Assembly: GCA_965230535.1 (NCBI GenBank)
Contig: OZ246010.1
Coordinates: 2,102,552 to 2,166,551, forward strand
Reading direction: 5' to 3'
Source of the DNA: Parvicellaceae bacterium
GTDB lineage: Bacteria; Bacteroidota; Bacteroidia; Flavobacteriales_D; JAUILH01
DNA: 64,000 nucleotides
This document shows, piece by piece, positions 16,922 to 27,409 of the stretch. A program made the position numbers and the translations under genes. How positions within the stretch are numbered: position 1 is the stretch's first letter; every line of letters starts with the position of its first letter. The notes beneath the pieces are model-generated. The model did not search any database. It had not been told where the DNA came from and saw only the letters and a program-made list of their open reading frames with translations.

Positions 16922-19900
16922 ATGAAAAAAATCTATTCACTTGTAGCTGGGCTACTTGCGTTTTCGGGCGTTAGCGGACAGTTACTTCAAGAAAACTTTG
17001 ATGCGGGTATCCCTGGCACGTGGACGGTAACAGACGGAGGTGCTGCGACCGGAGACACATGGGTTGCCGGTCAACAAGCCGGATTTAACAATCTGGACGG
17101 TTCTGACTGTGCATTTGTTGATTCTGATGCCAATGGTAATGGAACCCACTTAATTGAAACTCTGGAAAGTCCGGCTTTTAATGGAACCGGATTTCTTAGC
17201 GTAATTTTGGAATTTGACCATTATTACCGTTCTATTGAAGCCGTAGATTTTGGAACTGTTGAAGTGTGGGATGGAACTGCATGGCAACAAGTTGCTGTAT
17301 TTAACAATGACATAGGTGCTTTCGGTGCTCCTGATCACCAAATCATTGACATCACAGCACACGCCAATCCGGCAATGCAGGTTCGTTTTCACTACGATGA
17401 CGGTAATACCTGGGACTACTATTGGTTAATCGACAATGTAGTTATCAATGGTAACCTTTGTGATGCCGTATCAGGTTTGGCGGTGAACAACATCACTACA
17501 ACAAGTGCAGATTTGTCTTGGACAACAACTGCAACTAATGTGGACCTTCAGTGGGGTGCACCTGGATTTACTCCTGGTACAGGAACTGAATTGGGATCTA
17601 TTTACACCGCAAACAACCCTGAAACTGCAGCAGGTTTAATGCCGGCTACTTTCTATGATGCGTATGTCAGAACAAACTGTTCTGGGCCTGCCATGATGAT
17701 TTCTGGTGTTTTTGATGGTCCGCTTACCGGTGGTCAGCCAAAAGCAGTTGAGCTTTACGTTATGGATAACATTGCTGACTTGAGTCAGTATGGAATTGGT
17801 TCTGCCAACAACGGTGGTGGTACTGATGGTGAAGAATTAAGTTTCTCTGCTATCTCTGCTACAGCTGGTCAGTACATTTATGTAACAACTGATTCAGCTG
17901 ACTTCCACGATTACTTTGGATTTGCCGCTGATTTTGTAGATGGTTCTGCTCCTAACATCAACGGTGATGATGCTGTTGAGTTATTCTACAACGGTGTTGC
18001 ATATGACGTTTTTGGTGACATTAACTTAGATGGTACTGGTCAACCTTGGGAATACCTTGATGGTTGGGCATACAGAAACAACGGAACTCAGTCAACAACG
18101 ACTTTCGCTGTTGCCGATTGGACTTACAGTGGTATCAACGCGGTAGACGGATGTACAACAAATGGAGCTTGTGCTTCAGTATTCCCTAACGGGACTTTCA
18201 CAACAAACCTATTCTCTTCAGGTTGGTTAGGACCAGTTTCTTTCATGACAAACTGTGCAGTATTCAGTGCACCTTACTGTGAAGACTTTGAAGATGGCGG
18301 TGCTGTTGATGGTTGCTGGACAAATGAAGCAGCTACTGATGACTTTGATTGGAGTGCACTTACAGGTGCTACAGGATCTACAGCTACAGGACCAAGTTCT
18401 GGTAACGGTGGTGCTGGTTATTACATTTACACGGAAGCTTCTCCTCAAGGGAATGGTGATGCCGCTGTAATTTATAGCCCTGAGATTGATCTTTCAACAA
18501 TCCCTGGAACTCCAAGATTGAACTTCTTCTACCATATGTATGGTGCAGGGATGAACCCTGATGGATCTATTACGGTTGACGTTTCTAACGATGGTGGTGG
18601 ATCTTGGACCAATATCTTTGACGAGCAAGGTGACCAAGGTGATGTTTGGAACCAGGCATTTGTTACTTTGGCTGCTTGGTCTAGCGACACTGTAACTTTC
18701 AGAATTACCGGAACTGTTGCTCCGTCAACAACTGGTAACGCATATGAGAATGATTTTGCAATTGACGATTTCTGTATCGATGAGGCTCCGGCTGATGAGG
18801 CACAGTTAAACAGCATTTTAACTCCTTTTGGAGGTTGTGGTCTAACCGCAAATGACAGTCTTACTATTTCTGTAACGAACAATGGTGCGGATACTATCTT
18901 CACTATGGATATGTGTTATGTCTTGAATGCTACTGCTCCGGTTTGCGAAACATTCAATGACACGATTCTTCCTGGAGGCACGGACACAATAGTGTTTACT
19001 GCTCCTATCGATTTATCAACTCCAGGGGCTTACGATTTTGATGTGTATATTACTCTTGCGGGAGATACATTAAACACAAATGACTCGATTTTCGGATACT
19101 CTATCCAAAGTGTACCTACCATTTCGACTTTCCCTTACTCTGAAGATTTTGAAGCCGACAACGGTGGATGGACATCTGAAGGTTCTGGTGAATGGGAATG
19201 GGGTGCTCCTGCCGGAGGTGTTATCAACTCTGTTTCTGCTTGTGAAGGCGGTGTAAACGCTTGGGTAACTAACCTTACCGGAAATTACGCGGACAATGCA
19301 AATTCAGACTTAGTTTCTCCGTGTATTGATATGAGCTCTCAAACTACAGACCCTGTAATTGTTTTCGATATCACAACTGATAGTGAGACCAACTGGGATG
19401 GAACTATTTTAGAAGTGTCTACTGATGGTGGTGGAACCTGGACTCAATTGGGTGCTGTTGGTACTGGTGCTAATTGGTACAACAACGCTACTGATGTTTG
19501 GTGGGACGGTACTACACCTTGGATGAAAGCAGGTCACGTATTAACTGGTACTGCAGGTCAGTCTGATGTAAGACTAAGATTTAAGTTTACTTCTGACGGT
19601 TCAAACACACAGGAAGGTGTTGCTATCGATAATATTGAAATCAACCCAACAGCTCCAATTGTAAGTGCTGTGCCTTCAGCTTTAGTTGCGCCAACTTCAA
19701 GCTGTGGATTAACAGCCAATGAATTTGTAATTGCTGATTTTGCTAACAACGGTGTAGATACTTTATTCTCATTTGATGTTTGCTACATCATTGGTGGAAC
19801 ACCAGTTTGCGAGACTGTAAATGATACATTACTTCCAGGTGGAACTTACCAGCATGCATTTGCCACTGCTGGAGATTTCTCAACTGTTGGTAATATTGAT

Positions 19901-21733
19901 GTTGATTTAACAATTGCTGCAACAGGTGACCTATCTGATTGTGACGATACATTGACTGCTGTTGTTGTGAACAAGCCGGTAATCACTTCTTACCCATATC
20001 TTGAGACATTTGAGAATGGTCAAGGTGGTTGGTCTGCAAACAATATTGCAAACAGTACTTGGGAATTTGGAACACCTGCACAAACTAACATCAACACTGC
20101 ATTCACTGGTATGAACGCATGGGTTGCTGGTGGTTTAACTGGTGGATATAATAACAATGAAGAAGGTAACGTAGAAAGTCCTTGTTTCGACTTTACTGCT
20201 CTTCCTACTGGTTCTTGGGTTGCTATGAAGATCGCAATGGACTGTGAATTTAGCTGGGATGGTGCTAACCTTCAGCTTTCTGATGACGCTGGTGCTACCT
20301 GGACTAATGTTGGTGCATTTGGTGCTCCAGATTGGTACAACGACAACTCAATTGGTGCCTTCACAGGAAACCAGGACGGTTGGACTGGTAGTGTGGTTCA
20401 GGGAAGTAGTACTGGTGAGTGGATCGTTGTAAAACATCCATTGGATGATACATTGATTGGTAAAACTGACGTAAGATTCAGAGTAAACTTTGAAACTGAT
20501 GGTTCTGGTATTTACGAAGGATTCGCGTTTGATGATTTCGCGATCAGTACTTTACCAACTGTAGATGCAGGTCCTGATTACAACGGTTGTGGTAGTCACT
20601 TAATCGATCCAGGATTGGTAGGTATGTACGAGTGGTTTACGCAGGATACTTCTGCTGCACCAACTACTTACCCACATTCAAATGGAACATCTGCAACATT
20701 TGCTAACACTGGTTTAACTGACACAACATACAACGCTATTGTTGTTTATACAGATTCATTTGGTCTTTGTATGAGTGATACAGCTATGTTGACGCTTAAC
20801 CCAGCTCCACTTGTAGAGTTGAATGACGTTTCTAACTGTGTTGGTGACACTGCTTGGTTCAATGTTGATACCTCTTCAGTATACACTTATAGCTGGAATA
20901 CAGGTGCTACAATTGATTCTTCGTTCTTGGCTGGCCCAGGGCAAATCGTTGCTACTGTGACGCACACAGGAACAGGATGTACGCATTCTGATTCTGCTAA
21001 CGTATACCAAGTGCCTCTTGTAGATTTAGATCCTGTTTTGAGTGCTTGTGACGGAGATTCAATCTTTGTTGATGCAGGACCAAACTATGATGTTTACCTA
21101 TGGGATGATGGTGCAGCTACATCTAGCATCTATGTTTACACAACTGACACTGTGCAGGTAACTGTAACAGATTCTATCGGATGTGTGAGCTCTGATTCAG
21201 CTATTTTAACTGTAAATCCGTTGCCAATGCCAACTATCACAGGTACGAGTACAAGTACTAGTACGATTGATACAATTTGTGTGAACCATGACATCTCTCT
21301 TGATGCAGGTGCTGGATTCAGCGCTTATGACTGGTCAACAGGAGGTACATCTCAAACAGAACCAGTTTCTGGTAGTACTTTGGGTACAGGTTCTCATGAT
21401 ATCATTGTAATGGTGACTGACGGAAACAACTGTATGAACAGTGACACTGTGACTATTTTTGTTGATCCATGTACCGGAATCGATGGTCTTGATGCTATTG
21501 GTTTCACAGTTTACCCTAACCCATCTAATGGAATCTTTAAGTACAACGTTGATGAATTAAACAACGCTATGACTTTCAGATTAACAGATGCGACTGGTAA
21601 ATTGATCAACACCTGGACAATTAACAATGCTCAGGTTGGAACCATTGACTTGACTGGATATGCCAGAGGCGTTTACATCTTAAACGTTGTTTATGGTGAA
21701 GGTCAGAAATCAATTCAGTTGATTAAACAATAA
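16922..21733 (+). CDS. giant T9SS type A cargo protein with MAM-like/MAM domains, FN3-like and Ig-like repeats
   Basis: 1603 aa with a signal peptide. Canonical MAM-like block APYCEDFEDGG...CWTNEA...DDFDW...GYYIYTEAS...FAIDDFCID. Two further MAM-like modules: PYSEDFEADNGGW... and PYLETFENGQGGW.... C-terminal sorting domain VYPNPSNGIFKY...GVYILNVVYGEGQKSIQLIKQ. Confidence 0.85.
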   Translation: MKKIYSLVAGLLAFSGVSGQLLQENFDAGIPGTWTVTDGGAATGDTWVAGQQAGFNNLDGSDCAFVDSDANGNGTHLIETLESPAFNGTGFLSVILEFDHYYRSIEAVDFGTVEVWDGTAWQQVAVFNNDIGAFGAPDHQIIDITAHANPAMQVRFHYDDGNTWDYYWLIDNVVINGNLCDAVSGLAVNNITTTSADLSWTTTATNVDLQWGAPGFTPGTGTELGSIYTANNPETAAGLMPATFYDAYVRTNCSGPAMMISGVFDGPLTGGQPKAVELYVMDNIADLSQYGIGSANNGGGTDGEELSFSAISATAGQYIYVTTDSADFHDYFGFAADFVDGSAPNINGDDAVELFYNGVAYDVFGDINLDGTGQPWEYLDGWAYRNNGTQSTTTFAVADWTYSGINAVDGCTTNGACASVFPNGTFTTNLFSSGWLGPVSFMTNCAVFSAPYCEDFEDGGAVDGCWTNEAATDDFDWSALTGATGSTATGPSSGNGGAGYYIYTEASPQGNGDAAVIYSPEIDLSTIPGTPRLNFFYHMYGAGMNPDGSITVDVSNDGGGSWTNIFDEQGDQGDVWNQAFVTLAAWSSDTVTFRITGTVAPSTTGNAYENDFAIDDFCIDEAPADEAQLNSILTPFGGCGLTANDSLTISVTNNGADTIFTMDMCYVLNATAPVCETFNDTILPGGTDTIVFTAPIDLSTPGAYDFDVYITLAGDTLNTNDSIFGYSIQSVPTISTFPYSEDFEADNGGWTSEGSGEWEWGAPAGGVINSVSACEGGVNAWVTNLTGNYADNANSDLVSPCIDMSSQTTDPVIVFDITTDSETNWDGTILEVSTDGGGTWTQLGAVGTGANWYNNATDVWWDGTTPWMKAGHVLTGTAGQSDVRLRFKFTSDGSNTQEGVAIDNIEINPTAPIVSAVPSALVAPTSSCGLTANEFVIADFANNGVDTLFSFDVCYIIGGTPVCETVNDTLLPGGTYQHAFATAGDFSTVGNIDVDLTIAATGDLSDCDDTLTAVVVNKPVITSYPYLETFENGQGGWSANNIANSTWEFGTPAQTNINTAFTGMNAWVAGGLTGGYNNNEEGNVESPCFDFTALPTGSWVAMKIAMDCEFSWDGANLQLSDDAGATWTNVGAFGAPDWYNDNSIGAFTGNQDGWTGSVVQGSSTGEWIVVKHPLDDTLIGKTDVRFRVNFETDGSGIYEGFAFDDFAISTLPTVDAGPDYNGCGSHLIDPGLVGMYEWFTQDTSAAPTTYPHSNGTSATFANTGLTDTTYNAIVVYTDSFGLCMSDTAMLTLNPAPLVELNDVSNCVGDTAWFNVDTSSVYTYSWNTGATIDSSFLAGPGQIVATVTHTGTGCTHSDSANVYQVPLVDLDPVLSACDGDSIFVDAGPNYDVYLWDDGAATSSIYVYTTDTVQVTVTDSIGCVSSDSAILTVNPLPMPTITGTSTSTSTIDTICVNHDISLDAGAGFSAYDWSTGGTSQTEPVSGSTLGTGSHDIIVMVTDGNNCMNSDTVTIFVDPCTGIDGLDAIGFTVYPNPSNGIFKYNVDELNNAMTFRLTDATGKLINTWTINNAQVGTIDLTGYARGVYILNVVYGEGQKSIQLIKQ

Positions 21734-21754
21734 ATTAGAATTTCATAATTTTGC

Positions 21755-21785
21755 AGGGCGCCTTTGTTAAGGCGCCCTTTTTTGT
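21755..21785 (+). terminator. rho-independent terminator
   Basis: AGGGCGCC(21755-21762)/GGCGCCCT(21771-21778) stem followed by TTTTTTG. Confidence 0.7.
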
Positions 21786-21790
21786 ATCCT

Positions 21791-24166
21791 ATGAAATATA
21801 TAACTTCTACTGTTTTCGTTTTTAGTTTGCTTTTTGCAAATGCCCAGTTCACAGAATCTTCAAGTGCTCAGGGAATTAATGCCAGTTATGGAACCACTGG
21901 TTTCATGGGGGGGGGAATCTCCTTCTGCGATTTCGATGGAGATGGCCTTGATGATATTAGTATAGGAAGTGATCCTACTCAACCAGCCAGATTCTATAAA
22001 AACACTGGTACCGGCTTTTCTGAGATAGTGGGGCTTCTTAGTGATACTTCAGAAATCAAGCAGATTAATTGGGTAGATACGGATAATGATGGTGATCTGG
22101 ATTTATTCGTTACTCGATTTGGGAAGCATCCTAGATTCTTCGAGAACAGCGGTAGTCTTTCTTTAAATGAAATTACGGCCTATTCCGGAATAGGAGATAC
22201 GAACATGATCTATCCTTTCTGGGGAGCCTCTTGGGGAGATCTGAACAATGATGGTTTATTGGACGTTTTCATTTCAAACCGTTCTGACAGCGGCCCTTCT
22301 ACCAATTTATTGTATCTGAATCTAGGCAGCAATAAATTTCAGAATATTACAGAAAGTGCGGGTGTCGCAGATTCTAACGACCTTAGTTTCTGTTCTGCCT
22401 GGATCGATTATGACCGTGATGGTTTTCAGGATATTTACATTGCAAACGACAAATCTTCTCCTAATAAACTCTACAAAAACAATGGAGACAGCACTTTCAC
22501 AGATGTCAGTGCAAGCTCAGGGGCAGGCATTATCATAGACGCCATGTCTACCACCATTGGTGATTATAACAATGACTCCTGGTTGGATATCTACGTTACT
22601 AATACACCCGGGGGAAATGTTCTCTTACATAATAACGGAGACGGAACTTTCCAAAGTGTCGCAGATTCTCTTGGAGTTGGCTTTTATGGAATTGGCTGGG
22701 GAGCCAGTTTCCTGGATGCCGATAATGACATGGATCAGGATTTATACGTGTCCGGTATGACAAATGGAGGGACTGGAGAGTTGCCATCTGCTTTCTACAA
22801 CAGAACGGGAGTAGACACTTTTGAAGTCGTCAGTACAGGATTTGAAATGGACACCGTTCCAAGTTTTGGAAATACCATTGGTGACATCAATAACGATGGT
22901 TTCCCTGATATTGTGGTTAATAATAACATGCCAAATATCTTCTTGTTCGAAAACACACCAAATGCCAATAACTGGCTTAAAGTAACCCTTGAAGGTACCG
23001 TTAGCAACAAAAACGGTGTAGGCTCTTATCTCAAACTTGTATCCAACGGTCAAACCCAGTGGAACTACACCCTTATTGGAGAATCTCTTTGCAGCCAAAG
23101 CTCTTTTAGCGAGTTCTTTGGAATTGGAAACGCCACCCAAATTGATACTTTAATTGTTGAGTGGTTAAGTGGGCATAACGACACACTGCTCAACATCTCT
23201 CCTAATCAGACCCTGCATGTCATAGAAGGCATGACGCAACCGTTTGACACGACTTTAACAGCATCTGCCCTTGTTGCGTGTCAGGGCCAGCCAATTACTT
23301 TAACGTGTAACAGTCCTGATTTCGTAAACTGGACCGGAGGTCAAACAAACAACCCATTAACAGTTACTCAATCTGGAACATACGTGGCCAATCTGGAGAA
23401 TGGCTTTGGATTTACAGAGAGCTCAGAAAGCATTCAGATTACTTTCACTGCATTACCAGTTGCTAATGCAAACGTACAACACATCTCTTGCCACGGTGAC
23501 ACAGATGGAGAGATAACTCTCTTCCCCCAAACATCTGATGGAACCAGTACTGTAACCTGGTACGATAGCCAAAACGGAAATTCAAAAAGCAACCTTGGAG
23601 CCGGGTGGTACTCATTCACTATCACTGATGGGGTCTCTTGTGCATTGGTTGACTCTGTTGAAATTATCGAACCAGATCCAATTACTGTAAGCTGTGGTAT
23701 GTTGCCGGAAACGGATTCAAATAACGACGGAACAGCATGGGCAACTGTGAGTGGAGGAACTCCTCCATATCAGTATTTCTGGAATGACGCCATGGCTCAA
23801 ACTACGGACACTGCTGTAAATGTTTCTACCGGAAACTACATTGTTTGGATTGTAGATCAAAACTTTTGCTCAGATTCAGCTTCTATTGCTGTGAGTAACG
23901 TTCTTGGAATAGCCGGGAATGACACCCCTATTCTACAAGTATTCCCAAATCCATCAAATGGCATTTTCAATTTCGAATTGGAGAACACAGAGTTTGAAAC
24001 TGTTCATTTCGATATACTCAATGCACAAGGAAAGTTGTTAGAAAGCGGAACCTTGAAGGATTTGAATGGCAGACAGTTCGATTTGCAGAAATTTGAAACC
24101 GGAGTGTATACCCTGAGATTAAAAGCGGAGAATAGCACGCAGGTATTCCGTCTGTTTAAGCTCTAA
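21791..24166 (+). CDS. CRTAC1-family protein (FG-GAP/VCBS repeats + ASPIC/UnbV domain) with SprB-like repeats and T9SS type A C-terminal domain
   Basis: Start moved to MKYITSTVFVFSLLFANAQ (signal peptide) downstream of the terminator. Repeated D-x-D/N-x-DG-x-x-D calcium-binding FG-GAP motifs: DFDGDGLDD, DTDNDGDLD, DLNNDGLLD, DYDRDGFQD, DINNDGFPD. ASPIC-like WLKVTLEGTVSNKNGVGSY. C-terminal VFPNPSNGIFNF...GVYTLRL. Confidence 0.8.
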   Translation: MKYITSTVFVFSLLFANAQFTESSSAQGINASYGTTGFMGGGISFCDFDGDGLDDISIGSDPTQPARFYKNTGTGFSEIVGLLSDTSEIKQINWVDTDNDGDLDLFVTRFGKHPRFFENSGSLSLNEITAYSGIGDTNMIYPFWGASWGDLNNDGLLDVFISNRSDSGPSTNLLYLNLGSNKFQNITESAGVADSNDLSFCSAWIDYDRDGFQDIYIANDKSSPNKLYKNNGDSTFTDVSASSGAGIIIDAMSTTIGDYNNDSWLDIYVTNTPGGNVLLHNNGDGTFQSVADSLGVGFYGIGWGASFLDADNDMDQDLYVSGMTNGGTGELPSAFYNRTGVDTFEVVSTGFEMDTVPSFGNTIGDINNDGFPDIVVNNNMPNIFLFENTPNANNWLKVTLEGTVSNKNGVGSYLKLVSNGQTQWNYTLIGESLCSQSSFSEFFGIGNATQIDTLIVEWLSGHNDTLLNISPNQTLHVIEGMTQPFDTTLTASALVACQGQPITLTCNSPDFVNWTGGQTNNPLTVTQSGTYVANLENGFGFTESSESIQITFTALPVANANVQHISCHGDTDGEITLFPQTSDGTSTVTWYDSQNGNSKSNLGAGWYSFTITDGVSCALVDSVEIIEPDPITVSCGMLPETDSNNDGTAWATVSGGTPPYQYFWNDAMAQTTDTAVNVSTGNYIVWIVDQNFCSDSASIAVSNVLGIAGNDTPILQVFPNPSNGIFNFELENTEFETVHFDILNAQGKLLESGTLKDLNGRQFDLQKFETGVYTLRLKAENSTQVFRLFKL

Positions 24167-24176
24167 AGGGAAAGTT

Positions 24177-25118
24177 TTAAGATTGTCTGGTGTGCTTTGA
24201 AACAAGTTCACTAAAGGACGCTTCCGGATTATTTTCCAACTCGTAAACGTGTTCCTTTAAGATGCCGACCCATTTTTTAAGGTCCATGATGCTTTTATCA
24301 AACGTCTCTGGTTGAAGTGGTTTTCCGAAGGTGATATTGATGTTCTTGTTTTTTTGCTTCATCATTTCATCCACCAAATACAACATTTCAATGTTTGCTT
24401 TAACTCCAAAAAGCTTACGGTAGTTAGCCAAACGGTAGAAGAAGTTCGAATTTCTTCCATCAATGTGAGTTGGAATAATTACTCTATTATGCTCCTGAGC
24501 ACCAATCAGAACAGATTTTTTCCATTCAAGGTCTCTTATTTCTTTGCTGAACCATTTCTTTCTGGAAACAAGACCTGCAGGGAAATATGGAATGATTGCA
24601 TCTGAAGCAAACATTTCATTTACACGATTGATGTTTTCCTTCTTATTGCGGTTTCTCATTTTGTTGATTGGAACGAACAGGGATCTCAACTGAGGCACTC
24701 CCATTAGAATGTCGTTCACCGGAAACTTAATGTTGTCAAACTTTTGACCAATCACATGCATCAATGCCATCCCATCAATTCCACCCAATGGATGGTTAGC
24801 TGCTACTATACAACGACCCGAGTCCGGAATGTTTTCCAGTCCACGCGCATTAATTATCGCACCCAATTCTTTGTTCAATGCTACATCCAGAAAAGGCAAG
24901 CCCGGCTTATCCCTGTGCTCATAGAAAATCTCGTTGATTCTTTTCTCATGAATCACTCGCCTGAGATAGCGATAAACAAATCCAGGCAAGCGTTTAGCGA
25001 CTTTCGGATTCTTATCTCGAATCGCTTTTTCAACATCAACATGTCGCTTGGAGATGTCCAAAACTTCCGTCGTTGAACTCTCTGTTGTCTTTGTTTCCAT
25101 CTCAGTCATTGGGTGCAA
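24177..25118 (-). CDS. lysophospholipid acyltransferase (PlsC/LPLAT) family protein
   Basis: HX4D acyltransferase motif within AANHPLGGIDGMAL, followed by the FPAG-like block IPYFPAGLVSR. 313 aa with an N-terminal extension. Confidence 0.65.
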   Translation of the reverse strand: MHPMTEMETKTTESSTTEVLDISKRHVDVEKAIRDKNPKVAKRLPGFVYRYLRRVIHEKRINEIFYEHRDKPGLPFLDVALNKELGAIINARGLENIPDSGRCIVAANHPLGGIDGMALMHVIGQKFDNIKFPVNDILMGVPQLRSLFVPINKMRNRNKKENINRVNEMFASDAIIPYFPAGLVSRKKWFSKEIRDLEWKKSVLIGAQEHNRVIIPTHIDGRNSNFFYRLANYRKLFGVKANIEMLYLVDEMMKQKNKNINITFGKPLQPETFDKSIMDLKKWVGILKEHVYELENNPEASFSELVSKHTRQS

Positions 25119-25182
25119 AGCTAATAGCTTTCAGTTAAATACAATGTAAACAGTGCTTGCAATAAGCTTTATATTTGTATCC

Positions 25183-26019
25183 GTGTTGAGGAAAATCCAT
25201 ATAATTTTCGCACTTCTGTTTGCCATTTTGTCAATTGGAAGCCTTGACTCCTGCGACATTAACCGCAGAGCCCAGAAAAAAGCAAGCACTGCTTTTGAGG
25301 CATATGCGAAAGGCAACAAATTAAAATCAGCGCAGGTTTTTGAAAAGTTGTACAGGAAATTTCCGGAATCCGATTTTTCCGGAAGAAATTTATACAATGC
25401 TGCTGCTATTTACATGGAAATAGATAGTAGCTCCAGCGCTAAGAGAATATTTGAAGATATCCTTAAATCAGATTTAAAAGATGACCAAAAAGACAGTTCC
25501 AGAAGAATAGGTGAAACCCGCACAAATTATAAGCATTATGCTTCTTTTAATTTGGGAAAAATTGCTCTTGAAGAAGAAGAAATTGATAAGGCCTTTGATT
25601 ACCTTAGTCTGGCTCGAAATCAGTATCCATTCCTGTCGGATTCAACCGTATCAGTAAAAAAGCAGGAATTGGAACTCGATCGGTTGATCGCTCACTGTTA
25701 TACATTGACGGGGAAACATGAAAAGGCACTGGCTCTGACACTTCAACACGCCCTTACAAACAGTCCATGGAACGGACACCCGGCCAAAATGCGTGCCTTA
25801 ACTATCATTAAGAAACACTTTGACCCTGCTCAAATTCTTAAAGAACTAGACGAAAGCATTGCTGCCATTCAACAATCCTCGAGCTTTGCTCAAATAATCT
25901 GGCGTAACCACAACATTGTGCTAATCCCATTCGAACAAACTCTGGAGGACCTCAATAGTGAGAATTTATTTAAAACCAGTTTGTACATTGATTTGTATAG
26001 ACATGTTCATTTCGATTAA
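25183..26019 (+). CDS. hypothetical lipoprotein (helical, TPR-like)
   Basis: Start chosen at the in-frame GTG, giving MLRKIHIIFALLFAILSIGSLDSC (lipobox). The track ORF begins 10 codons earlier at another GTG. Confidence 0.5.
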   Translation: MLRKIHIIFALLFAILSIGSLDSCDINRRAQKKASTAFEAYAKGNKLKSAQVFEKLYRKFPESDFSGRNLYNAAAIYMEIDSSSSAKRIFEDILKSDLKDDQKDSSRRIGETRTNYKHYASFNLGKIALEEEEIDKAFDYLSLARNQYPFLSDSTVSVKKQELELDRLIAHCYTLTGKHEKALALTLQHALTNSPWNGHPAKMRALTIIKKHFDPAQILKELDESIAAIQQSSSFAQIIWRNHNIVLIPFEQTLEDLNSENLFKTSLYIDLYRHVHFD

Positions 26020-26492
26020 TGGAAATTTCTGAAGAATTAAGATTGTACATCATAGAAAAAGGGTTGGTTCTGGCGGCCATCTATTTTTCACTCAAATTAT
26101 TGAGTTGGAGATTGGATAAAAATATCTGGTTAGGCGAGCTCAGCGATGGTCAGCAAAAGGGGAATCAAAAAGCCTACATTCTATACATGGTGATTTTCTT
26201 CGGAAGTCTGGTCGCCTATCTAAACTATATAGATCAACAGCTCATTGCTTTGAATTCATCCTTTTCTCAATTCTCTTTGTTTATTGTGAATGTGATGATT
26301 TACAGCATATACATTTTTGCCAATTTGCTGGTACATGATTTTCTCATATACTCTCGATTACAACCAAAACTCATGGCCTTCGAAACTCTGGAATTTGTCA
26401 ACTCTCCGTTTCATCATTTAAAATATAACATCAGATGGATGGTAGTTGGTGCTGTGTTTTGTTTCTTAGCATCCGTAATTAGTTTGTTATGA
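26019..26492 (+). CDS. hypothetical integral membrane protein
   Basis: 157 aa with four predicted TM helices. TAATG overlap with the upstream gene and ATGA overlap with the downstream gene. Confidence 0.5.
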   Translation: MEISEELRLYIIEKGLVLAAIYFSLKLLSWRLDKNIWLGELSDGQQKGNQKAYILYMVIFFGSLVAYLNYIDQQLIALNSSFSQFSLFIVNVMIYSIYIFANLLVHDFLIYSRLQPKLMAFETLEFVNSPFHHLKYNIRWMVVGAVFCFLASVISLL

Positions 26493-27286
26493 ATCAAGAC
26501 CAATTCTTTAAAAGAAATAAAGAGCTCTGGAACCAGAAAACTCCAATCCATGTGGGTTCTGAGTTTTATGATATGGACGCGTTTAAGAAGGGCGCCAACA
26601 CTTTAAATCAAATTGAACTGGATTTATTGGGTGATGTCTCAGGTAAGCGGATTCTGCATCTACAATGTCATTTCGGACAGGATACCTTAAGTCTGGCCAG
26701 AATGGGGGCAAAAGTTTGTGGCGTAGATATGTCTAGTGCAGCCATTGCCCAGGCCCGTGAATTAAGTCATGAGTTGGGACTTGATGCAGAGTTTGTGGAA
26801 AGCAACGTACTTGAATTGCAAAACCATCACAAAGGCCAATATGACATGGTTTTTACCAGTTACGGAACCATCACCTGGCTGCCCGACCTTGATCAATGGG
26901 CAAGTGTGGTGAATCATTTCCTGAAACCCGGCGGACAGTTTATTATTGCTGAATTTCACCCATTTATGTGGTCATTCGATGACGATTTGACTCAAATTTA
27001 TTACAACTACTTCAATGATGGTGTCATCAGTTACGATGAGGAAGGTACTTATGCAGACAGAGAAGTGGATATCAAAAACACCGCATATGTTTGGAATCAC
27101 AGCCTTTCAGAGGTTTTTACCGCACTCAGAAAACAGGGTTTAACTATAGATGTGTTTCAGGAATTTGACTACAGCCCTTACAATATTTTCAGAGGCATGG
27201 TAGAGCGAAAACCTGGTGAGTACATTGTAGAAAAGTTCGGGAATAAGATGCCTTTGGTATATGCCTTGACCGCCCGAAAACACTGA
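26489..27286 (+). CDS. class I SAM-dependent methyltransferase
   Basis: Motif I ILHLQCHFGQD, a glycine-rich loop, an acidic post-I residue VCGVDMS, and the MVFTSYG motif. Confidence 0.8.
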   Translation: MNQDQFFKRNKELWNQKTPIHVGSEFYDMDAFKKGANTLNQIELDLLGDVSGKRILHLQCHFGQDTLSLARMGAKVCGVDMSSAAIAQARELSHELGLDAEFVESNVLELQNHHKGQYDMVFTSYGTITWLPDLDQWASVVNHFLKPGGQFIIAEFHPFMWSFDDDLTQIYYNYFNDGVISYDEEGTYADREVDIKNTAYVWNHSLSEVFTALRKQGLTIDVFQEFDYSPYNIFRGMVERKPGEYIVEKFGNKMPLVYALTARKH

Positions 27287-27409
27287 TCTTCAACATCTCC
27301 GTTCTTATTTTGGCACAGTTTTCGCAAAATGACGTTGTGCTCAAAGTAATTAAGCTTTGAGAGAAATATTTTTTATCTTGCGTAACTATCGCCGAAGAAT
27401 AAAGTAAAA

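Noticed and set aside
21208-21270. TGTSTSTSTI tri-nucleotide-like repeat in the 1603-aa protein gene
   Set aside because: The repeat is short (about 4 units), imperfect at DNA level (ACGAGTACAAGTACTAGTACG), and lies in a low-complexity linker. Not a convincing slippage tract.
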